Positions 12,765 through 26,630 of a stretch of DNA of 64,000 nucleotides are shown in pieces. A program made the translations under genes and the position numbers. Positions within the stretch are counted from its first letter, which is position 1, and each line of letters starts with the position of its first letter. Source of the stretch: Podarcis liolepis (Eukaryota); the NCBI GenBank assembly GCA_965112155.1, contig OZ218101.1. One strand, written 5' to 3'. Below the pieces are notes generated by a model. It searched no databases. It had not been told where the DNA came from and worked only from the letters and a program-made list of their open reading frames with translations.

Positions 12765-13160
12765 CTTGGCCCTATCCTCTTTTACATTTCCATAGCTTCA
12801 GGACTTTTTGAAATATATGCTACTGACATTAGTGAAGACAGAATCCTAATCTAAGAATGCCCATCACCTTCCTATGTTCTCAGTTCATCACTTTAGCATG
12901 CGGCCAGTGTTCCAAGAAAAGTCAGGTATCTATTCTACTGGAATATTCACTCATACTAGCAATGGAAAATAGTGCTGTGCTGAAATCTGTATATATGTGT
13001 GAGTATTTCTGTATAGTAAGCACTTCTCCAGCAAAATCCAGTCTGCCTGATCCAAAAAAAGCCCTATGGGAAGAGTTATAGCATAATGCTTACATCTTGT
13101 CTTTAACTGAAGTGCAGGCACCACTTCTGAGTTCAAACTGTGATTTGTAGAATGAAAGAA

Positions 13161-13240
13161 AGGACTATTTGGCCATCACAAAGGAAAAAAAGGACTATTT
13201 GGCCATCGCAAAGGGAAAAAAGGCCATCCCAGGAAAAAAA
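13161..13240. repeat. 30-bp tandem duplication (2 units plus a partial unit)
   Basis: AGGACTATTTGGCCATCACAAAGGAAAAAA / AGGACTATTTGGCCATCGCAAAGGGAAAAA. Confidence 0.9.
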
Positions 13241-13339
13241 CACTATGCTTTAATCATGAGAATTTCACTGGAATTTTATGGAGAATAGTGGGAGAAATTC
13301 TGGTATAGCACTAACAGAAAGTATGCCATGTACTGTTTA

Positions 13340-13421
13340 ACGCTATACTGTTTTTAACACTTGATTGGGAGCCGCCCAGAGTGGCTGGGGAAACTCAGCC
13401 AGATGGGCAGGGTATAAATAA

Positions 13422-13478
<57 letters not shown>

Positions 13479-13480
13479 TA
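13340..13480 (+). mobile_element. L2 3' tail with (ATT)n
   Basis: gggagccgcccagagtggctggggaaactcagccagatgggcagggtataaat matches the L2 end at 3325-3380. Confidence 0.85.
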
Positions 13481-16177
13481 ATTTACAGCTACTGCAGGTT
13501 TAAAGCTCAGACATCAGAGTTGCTCAATCAAAAACACTGCAAGGGTACACCTTATTTAGAGATGAGGCCAAATGGGGATTTTAAATGAAAAATATAGGCA
13601 GTGTGAATGAGTCCACTTACACCCAGTTCAATTATTTTCCAGACATTGCCTCAAAAGGGTGCAAAGTTATTTACCATTGAGAGTAAATAGATTTCTAATA
13701 TTGTATTTTTATAATTGTAGTCTGCCCTGGACCAGGAGGTAGAGGCAGAGGAGAAGGAGAATACAGTTTCTTCAGCACATAGCCAAATTTGTACTTTTGT
13801 GATGACACCCCGATCACTAGACCCCGCCCCCAAAAAACTGACTGAGATGTTCATGTAACCATTTACAGGAAGAGAAAATAGTAAACATAAAAGCATGGTG
13901 ACAAAGCTGCAGCAGATTTGGGGAAATGACGGCATCAAAAAGGGTGTGAAAGCTGGACATTCTCATCATGTAATCACTATTTTTGCCCTGAATTTTAAAC
14001 AGTTAAGCATTTGCTTCAGCCCTAATCCAGCTCCTCAAATTACCCACAATGCAGATGCGCCATTCAGGGTGAAAGAAGAAGAGAGGAAAATCTCAAAAAT
14101 TAGCTTTGCAGTGATGCAGCTGAAGATTTACTTTGAATTGCACAACATTTATATTCAGCATTTTCTCTCCCCTATTGTGTGCTTTATTTCCTCCTTCTAA
14201 TTAAAACTGAAGAGTGCTATTTTTTACTGATGCATCATGTAGCAAACTTCCAAGACTTTCCCAAGGCAGCTGAAAGAATATTTTTTGACTAGAGGGAGCA
14301 CTAAGAGAACTAATTAAGGAAATGGAGCAATACAAATGTTCCCAGGCTACTTCCATCGGCCATGTTACAGGGACTAGGCACATTCCCCAGGTCCAGTTTT
14401 GTCATGAGTTCTGAGCACGATTGACTGTTTAAATTCACTGTAGACTTCTGTGCTTAACCCTAGAGTTCCCACTTGAACAAATGTGTTGCACTCTTAGAGC
14501 AAATAAGGAAGAGTAAGTAAATTAATGAACTGCTTCACCCCTCCCTATAACACCTGGATCCAAGATTCAATAAATATCAATTCTATTGTGACTACAATAA
14601 AGTCTAGTGTTGTTTACCCTAAATTAGTGCCCTTCATATATTTTGGATTACAACTCCCATCATGGCTATGTGTGTTGCAGTACAAAACTCCTTGAGGGCA
14701 CAAAGTTGGGGAGCGATGGTCCAGTGAAACCAGTCATCAAACTGATAGCTTTTTGCCACCTTCCATTTAATCTCCTGATTTATTGTTTATATATAAAAAG
14801 TGTAAAATATGCAAAATATTTGGAAACAGAATAATGGCAACTATGTCTAACTTTACTTTTCATTAGTTGCTTCTGCTAAATATTCCATATCTGTACCACA
14901 CTATTTGGAATCACCTCAGTTTTTTAGCACTTCCAAATGTTGATCCTCTGAGACTCCTTTCTAAAAGAAATATGTATAGATGCATAATTTACCCAATTTA
15001 GTCGGATCTTAGAATCAAGGCTTTCTTGATGCAGAATCAGAGACTTGTCTAAAACCCAGAACGAATACATTTTCAATAAGCTTAGCTATCCAGTTTTTCT
15101 TAACTGGGGGAAACTTTGCTGCTGTTCACAACATATGACTGCACCGGGTACTAAAAATTATTTTGCTTTTGAATGAACCCATTCTCTTTAGGCAAATCAC
15201 AGTGGTACAAGTTCTGCTCTTGTTTAGTGTCAGATGGTCTATTGGGTACATCACACAGAGAATTCCATTTGCAATGTAAATGCATCTGGTGCTACCAATA
15301 AGCCAAAAGGGGGTTATTTCAGTCTAACAGAATGTGTAGGCTACTGTATGTAGGTGGATCATATTCATTCTATGAAAAATCATATTTATCTTTCTCTTTC
15401 TGTTTGTGCATTGGTGGAGAGAGATTTCCTGCAAAGTTTAAATAGTTATTTCTGAATGTATTATAGATTGAATTTCAAGAAAAATGTGAGCATTGACAGC
15501 ATTTTTTTATTATTTTAAAAACATCATAGCATAACTATCAATTAAGTCAACTAATCGCCTGTTCTTAAGTAAAGGGATTTGTTCTTTTGACAGGCATGTA
15601 ATACTTACCTACACTTGTTTAAGTGTTCTTAAGCTATGGAATGAAGGAAACAAATTAATGGATTTGAAAGGAGGGCCTCAACTTCAAGGTTCTGAACAAA
15701 AGAGGAAAATGACACTCCCTCCCATAATATAAGTTGACTAGTTCTAAAGTAATTTCTAGGAGTGCATAAATCAAACTTCCTACCTTATATCTTGGGACTG
15801 AACTATGTTCCTTCTGACCCACATACCTGAAAGATGTGCCAAAGAGTCTCTGTCACTATGATAAGCATATATGGCCTGTGAAACTTGAGTTTACTGAGGT
15901 CACTGTGGCCTAAGGAGGATTCCTTTCTCAGATTAGGGAAGCTATGAGTGGTTGCCAAACTTACCTTCACCATTATGATACAGAAGTGTGCTTGCCAATG
16001 CACCAGATACATTCCTTCCAATCTGTACTACACCTTCCAGTTGTGGTCACTGAAAACAAACAGACTAAATTGGTCCAAGGGGAGGCACTTAAAATGCATT
16101 CTGGCATACACCTCTTCCGCCAGCTATCTACACCTCATGTTCCATCCTAATACACGATGCAATTAAGTTGTTTGAAA

Positions 16178-16415
16178 ATTCAGGACAGATTAAAAAAAGT
16201 ACATTTTCACAGAGCACATAGTTAAACTATGGAACTTTTTTCTACAGGAGGCAATGAAGGCCACCAGCATGGATTGCTTTAAAACAGCGTTGGAAGAATT
16301 CAAGGAGGAAAAGGCTAACAATGCCTACTAGTGATGGCCATGCACTGCTTCGTGGTTTCTCACAGGCATCTGTGGCCACTATGAGAACAGGATGGTGGAG
16401 TAGATGGGCCATTGT
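16178..16415 (+). mobile_element. Old CR1 LINE 3' fragment
   Basis: ttcaggacaga...catagttaaactatggaac...ggccaccagcatggattgctttaaaa...aggctaacaatgcctactag; similar to 5429-5692. Confidence 0.7.
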
Positions 16416-19400
16416 TGATGCTGATTTCTTTTTCAGTTGACATATCTCATAAATTAGCCACATTCCACAGAGAGTATCCATGCCAGCACTGCGTGTTCTT
16501 CCTAGCCAGAGGAATTGGTATGAAGGCTCCCCATGTGTTTGGCCTGATCCATGAAGTGCGCAACTTGCAAAACTTCAAGGACGCAACTTCAGGGCCCATG
16601 TTATTATTCCTCAGGTGCTCTGCTATCTGTTTCTATGCAAAACACAATATTGTCAACAATATTACTCCTCCCCCCCCCCACAGCATGATTGATAGGTGTC
16701 AAGCCTGGCCTGATGGGCATGGGAAAGGTAAGGATCTGACACACTGACCAGATGCAGGCCCCTTCTCCTGTTTGAAGCAATCCAAAGCTGGGGGGGGGGG
16801 GGAAGCAGTCCATAGGCATGATACAATAAGAAAAGCACCAATGATCTTGATGAATTTCCCACTCTTATAATCCTTTCTGTGTTATGATGACAATTTTCCC
16901 ACTTCCCACTTATATCCCCCGCCCCAATACAGACTTTATCATCTGTGTCCTAATTTCCATGGGGACCATCAAAAATTTCTTTTAGGCCAAAACAGTCAAT
17001 ATATTCTCACTTTGTTGTTGAAGAAGAAATAACACAATGTTTCAGCTTAATAAAAACTATCTTCTAAAATATTTATTGCATAACATGCCCATGATCTTTA
17101 TTTGCAGAATTAGTCACAAGGATAACACACAAGGGTAATCTTGATATATTAATGAACTGTTTTAGTACTACTGGTATTTTGACTTTGGGAAAAGATTCCA
17201 CAGCTCTATAAACCATGAATCTTTCATGTTACAGCCCAGTTTTAATGACTGAACAGAATATTAAAATAATTTATTGTAGAATAGCAGCACAGAGAATTAA
17301 TTGTAGGAGCAAATTGCTTCCAGCCATTGTCAATTGGCCATTGGCCACTATAAATTTGGTTGCTGGCTTTGTTTGTTGCTGGTCATTCAGAACTTTAACA
17401 GAAATGATGCAGACAAAACACCTTTTTGTCCAAACACTGCAGAGGACACAGTCCCACATCAGCAGGTGCCCCCAAATGCATTAGTATAGCATTGATCTAT
17501 AAGGATTCCTGAGCTTAGAAATGTTTTATAAATATAGTTTTTTATTATTTATTGTATCCACAAACAGCACCCCTCGATCCATTCAAGCACACTTGGTATG
17601 TGGAAATAGTTTTCTTTGCACTTAGCTGCAGCTGTTTGGAGAACTGTAATGGTGGGCTTGCTCTTGCTATTCCCACAGGGTAAAACAAGTTGAAAAGAAC
17701 CTTTTAGGTTATTTAGTTATGCCTCAGAAGTAGCTGCCACCACGTCTGTGCTCTTCTTATCCCTTAAACTGCAGGGACTTCATAGATGGATAAATGAATT
17801 TAAGGTTAGATAAATAGTGCTTGAAAGCCACGGTACTCTGCCAGGCATGGGCCCCATGTCCATATCATTTCTATAACTCCTCAAAAGCTTGTAGAATGGA
17901 TGAATGTTTAAGGACAAGGTTGAGAAAAATTGTGGGAGTCAGCCAACAGTTAGTCAACTTTAATATTCTAATTCAAGTTCTTGATCCAAAGACTCAAGAC
18001 AAAGGAATAAGAAGGAATCCCAAACCAACCTTCACGAATCTAGTTTTTAGATAAGTTAAGTCTTTAAGAAAAGCATCATTTATGTGTATAGTGCTCTGGA
18101 AGACCAACCAAGCAGCAGTCTCAGGCCAAAGCAAAGACAAAGTCATACTCAATCCACCCAATTTTATGGTGTGTTCCAGACAGGCTGTGATCAACATAGA
18201 TAGGGAGAGGCACCCAATCAGATAGTGCGCTAGAGTGTGCCAGCATCAGCACATATGTAGGATTGAAATACTTATCATTTAACTTAGGTAGGGAAGGAAA
18301 TGCAAACCTGAGGACATACCTCTTTTACCTCCCTGCTAGTCTGCATCCAGGCATAGTTCATCCTACAAGACATGCTGCCTTTTCTTTAATGGAGAATATA
18401 TTTTGATGGAGAAAATGTGGAGTTTATTTCTTTAATTTTATTTTTAAAATATAGATCCAATCTTTGTTCATTAACCTCAGGTTGCAATGGAGAGAACAAA
18501 CAGAGCAATCAATATTAAAACCAGTTAAAACCATCAGTTGGCTTACATTTGTCAGGAAAGTCCTACTCATATATGAATCCTGCATTGCACAACTGGTGCA
18601 TGCTCAGCAGCCACAGCTACATACAAAGAAGCTGTTTGAAAAATAAAAATAAAAAATGCTTATCAGATGTTTATCAGCAAATGTATGTGAAGAATGATGG
18701 ATTCCCCATTATACAGACCTTCCAACCAGGTCTCTTTAAAACTTTTTACATGTGCAGTCAATGAGTAACATGGGCAGTACTTTGGAACAGGATAACTGAG
18801 CTTAGAAATATAGTAAACTCAGATTACTGCGAGATGTATTTATTATAAATTTTATTTTTAGAGCTATATTAAAAATAGTAATATTAATAAGCAACATATG
18901 CAAATATATTCAAAAAATCTTCAGATTGATCTCAGAAGATAATACAGTATCTGGTTTAATATGGTGTATGACATCCCCTTTCCTTCTTCCTCTTATTAAG
19001 CAGCAGAGGTCCCACTAGCAGAAAGGTAGTATGGCAGCCTTGACCAACCAGGAGAGCTACCCCTGATTTACTATAAAGAACAGGGAGTATGCTAGCACAA
19101 ATTTGGCTGTGAAGTAAACTTCCAAGTGGATTTATGTTGCCCCGTCAAAAGGCACTTAAAGATAAAAAGAGATGTGGGTTCCTTTTTAAAAAAGTATATG
19201 TGAGATATGAAAGTCTGGATAAAACTGTATGCCTGAGAGGATCTGGAAGATTGACTGTGTTGCCCTCTGGGCAGCCTAAGGACAACAAAACAGTGCCAAC
19301 ATTATTTTTGTGCAGCTTCTTGAAGGTCAACACGCATCCATCAGCCTTACAAATAGTTTTAATATCAAATCAAACTGGTGTTTACACAGAGTATCTGACC

Positions 19401-20291
19401 TTCAAAGCAACTTCAAAATTGCGGTCACTGGGAGAGTTTGAAGAAGAGTTCCACACCACAGAAATTATCTGAAAACAAATTACACCCAGAAGTATTCTGT
19501 TAAGAAGAGAAACAAGGAAAAGTTTTCTTATAAAAAGAAGAAATCTGAGAGATCCACATTAAACTTAGCCACAGATGGCAGATAAAAATTGTGTTAATCT
19601 TCTCCTAGGTCAAGGCTGTGCTGCCAAGGCAAAGTATCTGTTGCTGTTACTGCATGTGAACATCATCAGCAAAAGTTGTGACAATGCCAATTATTAGATG
19701 AGAAATGGAAATGAGAGGGTTTTTTTCCTTTCAAAAAAGTATTTTTGGTACTGTAGAGCCTTCTGAATATGACACACAGATCTGAAGAGTCATTTGAACA
19801 TGGAAAATGGCTCAGTTCAAAGGAAATGCAGGGAGGATAATGAAAAATATATTTCTTTCTGAAATGTTTCAGTATAATATTTCAGCTCCTAAATATCCAT
19901 GGCTCCACATGCCTACAGGATCAACTCCAAATGAACTTTCCATATTTTTTTTTGACATTGGTAGGAAGGGCCATTTTTCTTCTCTGCATGAAGAGGCACC
20001 AAAGGCCCATAATTAGCTTTCCATGTTTGCCACATCTACCCACCTCACAACTGGAATTCAAATTTCCACTAAATGCCCTCTTAGTTTCTTGTGCTTTTCA
20101 AATTATGACTTAATGTACCTGTTTGTTTTCTGGCCCACCCTTGGTGGGGTCTTTAGCTACCTGTGTTCTGAACTAGGGAAAACTAATGTTTCTCACTTTC
20201 ACACATTTCTTTCTCCCACTGTCTGTTTAGGAAGGGAAAAGATTATTGTCATACTCTGAATCTTCCACTTCCTTCCAAGGTTTGATGTCCT

Positions 20292-20786
20292 TGTTGTTTA
20301 GTCGTTTAGTCGTGTCCAACTCTTCATGACCCCATGGACCAGAGCACGCCAGGCACTCCTGTCTTCCACTGCCTCCTGCAGTTTGGTCAGACTCATGTTT
20401 GTAGCTTCGAGAACTCTGTCCAACCATCTCATCCTCTGTCATCCCCTTCTCCTTGTGCCCTCAATCTTTCCCAACATCAGGGTCTTTTCCAGGGAGTCTT
20501 CTCTTCTCGTGAGGTGGCTAAAGTATTGGAGCCTCAGCTTCACGATCTGTCCTTCCAGTGAGCACTCAGAGCTAATTTCCTTAAGAATGGATGTGTTTGA
20601 TCTTCTTGCAGTCCATGGGACTCTCCAGAGTCTCCTCCAGCACCATAATTCAAAAGCATCAATTCTTCAGCGATCAGCCTTCTTGATGGTCCAGCTCTCA
20701 CTTCCATACATCACTACCGCGAAAACCATAGCTTTAACTATACAGACCTTTGTTGGCAAGGTGATGTCTCTGCTTTTTAAGATGCT
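20292..20786 (-). mobile_element. BovB (RTE-clade) LINE, 5'-truncated
   Basis: About 94% identical, without indels, to the 31061-31660 copy (manual count of about 30 mismatches in about 495 nt); (CAA)n tail; TSD GGTTTGATGTCCT (20279-20291) / GGTTTGAGGTCCT (20787-20799). Confidence 0.95.
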
Positions 20787-20924
20787 GGTTTGAGGTCCTA
20801 GTTTGTCTTAATCCCTTTGTCTGCTTTGCCATAGCAGATGACATGGTGGGGCTACCCCACTCAGCTGATCGCTCATTGTCTGCATCATTGCTGCATACTG
20901 AGACAAAGTGGAAAGAGCTAAGCA

Positions 20925-21070
20925 GCTTTATTTGTTTGATTTGTTTCTCTTCTTATTTTTATTATGTATTTTTGTGGGGGGGTTATATTGTAATTTTATG
21001 CTGTGAACTGCCCTAAGTGCTATGGATATAGGGCGGTATACAAATTTAATAAATAAAATAATAATAAAAT
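20925..21070 (+). mobile_element. Old L2-type 3' tail
   Basis: T-rich UTR then tgtgaactgccctaag...tagggcggtatacaaatttaataaataaaata. Confidence 0.6.
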
Positions 21071-21394
21071 AATTATCTGTCCATGTGTGCTAATTTTACA
21101 AACCAAGAATTCTGCGGCAGAGCCAGCCTCCTGACCTTGGGAATGCTTTGCTTTACCTGGACAGGGCTGGCAGTGAGGTAAGGTCTATATGGATATACTG
21201 ATGGAGCCACTGTCAGCAAACCAGTGGTCCTTCCCCCTCAATACACCCACATGGCTCTAACTTTGTCCTTGCTCTAGCGCTGAGCAGGTATGCATCAGAG
21301 TTGCCAGTATCAAGAAGGCAGCTTCATGGCTTTGCCCCACTCTATGCACCACCACTGCAAGAGTCCATCCTCAGGATCTCATAATAGTTATATA

Positions 21395-21606
21395 TATTTA
21401 TATCCCACCTTTCCTTCACGGAGCTCAAGGTAACATAATGGATCTCCTCTCTGCATTTTAGCTTCAAAATTATGCTGTGAAGGTAGATTGGGCTGGGAGA
21501 TAGTGACTAGCCCAAGGTTACCTTGTGAGCTTCATGGCCAAGTAAGAACTTAAACCTGGGACTTTCCAGTCCAACCATGGCACATTAATAACTACACTAA
21601 CCTGGC
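21395..21606 (-). mobile_element. Old tRNA-derived CORE-type SINE (MIR/Squam3-like)
   Basis: tttatatcccacct...ggagctcaagg...gtgactagcccaaggttacc...gagcttcatggc...actacac; reverse-complement similarity to 26826-27050. Confidence 0.65.
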
Positions 21607-21611
21607 CTGAA

Positions 21612-21964
21612 GGGACGCGGGTGGCACTGTAGTCTAAACCACTGAGCCTAGGGCTTGCCAGTCAGAAGGTCGGTGGTTCAAATCCCCGCGACAGGGTGAG
21701 CTCCCGTTGCTCGGTCCCAGCTCCTGCCAACCTAGCAATTCAAAAGCACATCAAAGTGCAAGTAGATAAATAGGTACCGCTCTGGCGGGAAGGTAAACGG
21801 CATTTCCGTGCACTGCTCTGGTTTTCTAGAAGCAACTTAGTCATGCTGGCCACATGACCCGGAAGCTGTATGCCATCTCCCTCGGCCAAGAAAGCGAGAT
21901 GAGTGCCACAACCCCAGTGTCGGTCACAATGGGACCTAATGGTCAGGGGTCCCTTTATCTTTAC
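21612..21964 (+). mobile_element. Sauria SINE, full length
   Basis: Starts GGGACGCGGGTGGC; B box GGTTCAAATCC; ends ggtcaggggtccctttatctttac; TSD CTGGCCTGAA (21602-21611 / 21966-21975). Confidence 0.93.
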
Positions 21965-24344
21965 ACTGGCCTGAAGTTAACTGAGTTATGTTAAGCAATC
22001 CTGAATGTCTGCATTCTTGAACATTATAATAGATCAGTTAAAGCTATATTTATGCTAGCAATTTCCACCCCCAGAATCCTAACACCCAGCGGGAACAATC
22101 CGATATAGTACAGTCTGCTTACTATAGTCCAGGCTCTGGACTGAGGAGAAGCAACTCAGTATTGTCTATAAAAGCTATGGGTAACTAATGTCCCTTCATA
22201 CGTTGTGGGATTATGGCTCCAAACATTCCTAAACATTGGTCATTTTAGCTGGAGATGTTGGGAGCTAGAATGCAATGACACCAGGAAGATCACAGATTCC
22301 CCATTCCTAATTTATACTATCCAGGATTTCATATGGAGTGTCTCCCAGTCATGCTTAGGGATACCATGGATTAAACAAGGGACGTTCTGCACAGAATGCA
22401 TGTCCTTTACCACTGAAATACATTGCTTCCCCACTGCCTACTTTTTCTGCCTTGCTATACTATATAGGTTTTTGATTGTACAGTGCTTTGGGTGCCTTCA
22501 ATGGCAGAAAGGTACCTATAAATAAATCTGAACACATAGTGAAACACACAGCTCAGAACAACACTAGTCCATGACATGTATTTTCTGCATTTCTCATATT
22601 CTAAATTTGCTAAAAGCTATGAAATCTGTTACTGAACATGCTATGCCACCTATTGCACCCTGTGCAAAATGTGTCCATTTCTTTACAAAAATGGATATTC
22701 AAGTTGCACTTCAGACAACAAATCGAAGGAGACAGTTGCAAACACAGAATGGGAGGAAAGATGATGATATTTTGCAAAGAAGAGGAAGGAGAAATAATGC
22801 TGCTACTTCATGAAAGGCTCAACATGTCTCAATTTGATTTATGCTATTCTGCCAGTAATTCTCCAGGTGATGTACCATCTACCTGACATGACTATGACTA
22901 TTCATGAATGCTAGTTTTGCCAAGCAAGATGTTTAAATGAAAGCTGATGAGGCAATGACCCACTAAGAAACTTGAGATGGAAAAGAATCGGGAGGACATC
23001 TCCAGTTCATTCTTATGCTAATTACTGAAGTGAAAGCTTGCACTTCTGAGGATCAGAGGCTGTGCAGGTAATATAAATTTATCATAATGGGTGTGTATAA
23101 TATAATGCATTTTTTTTTGATTGAGTGAAACAAGTCACCATCTTCCGGTTTCTGAAGGGAGGACATACACAATAAATAAAATATAAGCTATTTTGTGAAG
23201 TTTACATGCTGCAAAAAGCCAAAAACATCTTAATAGCAAAAGCTGCTTTGAAGATCTATCATATACACACTACCGCAGATGCATTTAAGCTGATTTTATC
23301 ATTCATAAATTTTATCATTTCACACTGGCGTATGTATGCCTGGAAGAAGTCACCAACAGCTTCTTTACCGCATGCCCATTCAATCTAAAATTGATCGTGT
23401 GCATATTGTTATGTTGTTAATATTAGGTCATAACCATAGCCAAGAATTCTGTCAGTGTAACCAAAGCTGTATAACTATAATTCAGACTCTTATTTTCAGT
23501 GGCTCAGAGTGAGCTACACATTTCTATATACTCTTGAAAATTTGGCATTCTATTTTACCTGGATGAAATTCCCTGTGTGTGATAATTTTTAAGTACTATT
23601 ATTCTATCAAGTTGTGTTGAATTTTTTTTAAAAAAATAATACATACATACAATAGCAGATATAACTGCTCTTTAGCTATACTTTATTCTCTGAATAAAAT
23701 TATTTCTCTGACTAAAATAGGTATTTTTCATTTGATTTAATATCGTTTACACTTGCCTACCCTCAGGAAAATAATAGGCCAATCAGTTTTGCTTTGGAAA
23801 GGGCAAATATTGATTAATGAAAATATGCAAAATCTGAGTGCTTTCCATTTAAGAAGCACTTTGTATAGAATAAAAAGAACATTAAGTTAGTGCAAGTTTT
23901 ATTTTACTGTTTTTAATAGTCTCATATCAGAACATTGCTGCAGATGGAATATTTGAATTATTTGGTTGATTTTCATAACTCTGAAATACTTTGATCTACA
24001 CTTGTATTATGAATTCATTTTCCCCACAAAGACAGCAATGTAGAAAACCAAGTGCACTAAAAGAATTTGGAATGCCATAATAAATATCAGATGCATGTAA
24101 TTCTAAAGCATTTCAAGTTAATTTTACCCTATTTCTAAAGATTTGTCTTTTCCTTCAATATTCCTAGGCTTACATTTTGATTCTAAAACCAAAACCTGTT
24201 TCATCCTATTAAATATTATGGTTGGAGCAAATCACTGGATTAAGGTAACTGAATACAGTCCAAGTTCTGGAATTAAGTTCAGAAAGTTCAACTAACTGAA
24301 CTACAACTGACTGATTTCAATTGCCGGATCCCCTAAAGAATGCC

Positions 24345-24451
24345 ATGGGAGGAGCTTCCTGCAGCCAATCAGAAGCCGTACTTTGGTTTCTGAACATTTT
24401 GGAAGTCGGACTTCCAGAATGGATTCTGTTTGACTTCCAAGGTACTACTGT
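24345..24451. mobile_element. Tc1/mariner (Tigger-like) MITE end
   Basis: cagccaatcagaagcc...gacttccaaggtactactgTA terminus resembles a CAGTGGTACCT-type TIR followed by TA. Confidence 0.5.
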
Positions 24452-26269
24452 ATAGGGCCCCCACAATAAATAGTGTTTAACTTTGACATCATGTGGCTTT
24501 TATTTCCTCAAAGCCCTGCAAAACTACTCAAAAACTCTGTGTGGCTTCTGCCCACTTTCTCCTGAGTCACCAAGAAGTTAGAGAAAGCTGGTCTTGAAGA
24601 ATATGAGGCAGGGATATTTAGATATCAAGAAGTTTTATTACAGCTATCTGTAATGTTGATGTTTGAGGCTTCTTGGGTTGGTTCCCCCTGCGCACATCTT
24701 TTCTAGGCTCTAGATCTAAAGCTAGAAGGCAGAAGATTGGCCCCAGGAACCAAATGCAGCTCCCTGGAACTTTTTATTTGGCCTGTGGGAATCTCAGGCC
24801 ACATCCACCATGGAAACTGCTTGTTTGGGTGGTTCCAAAACTTCTTTGACCCACGGACCACTTGAAATTTTTGGAGGGACTTGGCAGACTGACTATTGCA
24901 ACAATTGCAGTGTGCTGTGCTGGATGTCATATGATTTCCAATTATATTTTTACTGCTTCTTCCTTTTCTTATATTATATTTCAGTGTATTGCACTTTTGA
25001 ATTCCATAAAATTCAAATGATAATGCAACAAAATGCAATATGAAAAATAAAAGAAGCAATAAAAATGCAATTAAAAATAAATATGCATATTTTATGACAG
25101 CATGTGGGACACTTGAATGAAGTACATGGACCAGCCACAGTTTGGGAACCTTTGATCAAGCGCAGACATTGGCTATCAGGTAGCAGTCCAGAAACAATAA
25201 TGAGCATATTATTTGGTCTTCTCTAAGCATGATTTCCAGAAATGGTGTGTTTGTGTGTCTGGGGATTATTAGGTCTGTTGGAACAGAAAATCAATAACAT
25301 CATCTCTTCACCACCATTACTCTTCTATTTCAATATGCAAGCTTAGAAGACTCTGAAGGTGTACTGTTGGAAAGTCATGCTCCTCTGATGCTGCTTGCCA
25401 GGTGGAGCAGAGCTGCTACACCAGCTTCCCAGCATGTGTATCACTGTTGTTTACTGAGGAGGAGAGATACCAAGTGGTGAAGAGGTCAATGAAGTATAAA
25501 CACACTGACAGGAGAGCCATATTTGTTCCACCAATGCATTTACACCACAATGACTTCCTTTTGCCTCAAGCCATCCCATCTTCCTCATTGTAGGCAATAA
25601 TGAATATAATGTACCAGCCTCATCTCACCTGGAGCACCATTTCTGTTACATGAGGAACAGTGGGCAGGCCTGGTCAACCTCCCATGTGAACTGAAGGTGC
25701 ACCTTGAAATTTAATCCCAGAATTCTACGCAGTTGGCACATCTTAAGGAACATGCAGGGTAGACAAGTAAATGCAGAAAGAATTTCTGAAGGTAGAAAGT
25801 TTGAAAACTAATGACTTCATGTCTTAAACATTTTGAAGTAGCAAAAGTCAACACAGAAACATGAAATGTTAATAAATGTGCAGAACAAGACAGACCTCTA
25901 ATACATTTATTTAAGCAATGGATGTTGGACATTAGCAGTCATTTTCTATAATTTATTCAAGGGCATTCCTGCTGTGGCTAATTTTTTGCCAAATCCATTC
26001 CCTCCCCCCCCCCCTGAATAAAGTACACTTTCAAAAAATACTTTCCATCTCCTACATTTTCCCCTCACTTGATTACTGTCATTTTGAAAATTTTACAGCG
26101 TACAAGCTAATCAAAATTCACAGAACAGATGTCCTTTCTTTCAGCATTTGGAAACTGATGATGCCGCAGAAGAAAACATTTTGATGCACTGAAAATGTTT
26201 TAAGTGGACTTGAAGGCGAAAGAAACTTAAAACTTCAACTCTGAAATATTAAGTACTTGAGCTCTTAAA

Positions 26270-26630
26270 GCAGGGGAACCTCGGGTTCAAGGGGTGAACA
26301 TAGCCATCTATGCATCTCTATCCCTTGGGATTCTCCTTGCCATTCCCTTCCACAGAGCACCCATTCACCAGCCCTGCTCCACACCCTTCTTGAGTAATTT
26401 TGCCTGACTGGAATATGCCCTTGAACTGTGATGATGCCTTTTCTAGGTGGAAAATAAATAAAGAGAAGTGTGTGTGGGTCTCTATAGAAATCTCTGCCTT
26501 GTGTGTCCTGAATGTAGTCTTCTGAACGAATGTAATACTATTGCTATGCCCACTTTTCTTCTGGCCCAACACAGAACGTTGGCTCTGAGGAAATGCTGGA
26601 AAATGGCTGGAAAATGGTTCCCTATGCCTG
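26270..26630. mobile_element. hAT-like MITE, degraded
   Basis: caggggaacc ... ggttccctatgcctg termini; internal block gccctgctccacaccctt shared with 32797-33110. Confidence 0.5.

Noticed and set aside
13161-13240. CRISPR-like 30-bp repeats
   Set aside because: No spacers, only two units, vertebrate DNA and no cas genes
19400-19468. Minus-strand exon-like segment (ttgttttcag|IISVVWNSSSNSPSDRNFEVALK|gtcaga)
   Set aside because: Weak donor, no recognisable peptide, and such matches are expected by chance in 64 kb
22940-22980. CTGATGA...GAAA hammerhead-like words
   Set aside because: The intervening sequence does not form stem II and no flanking stems are evident
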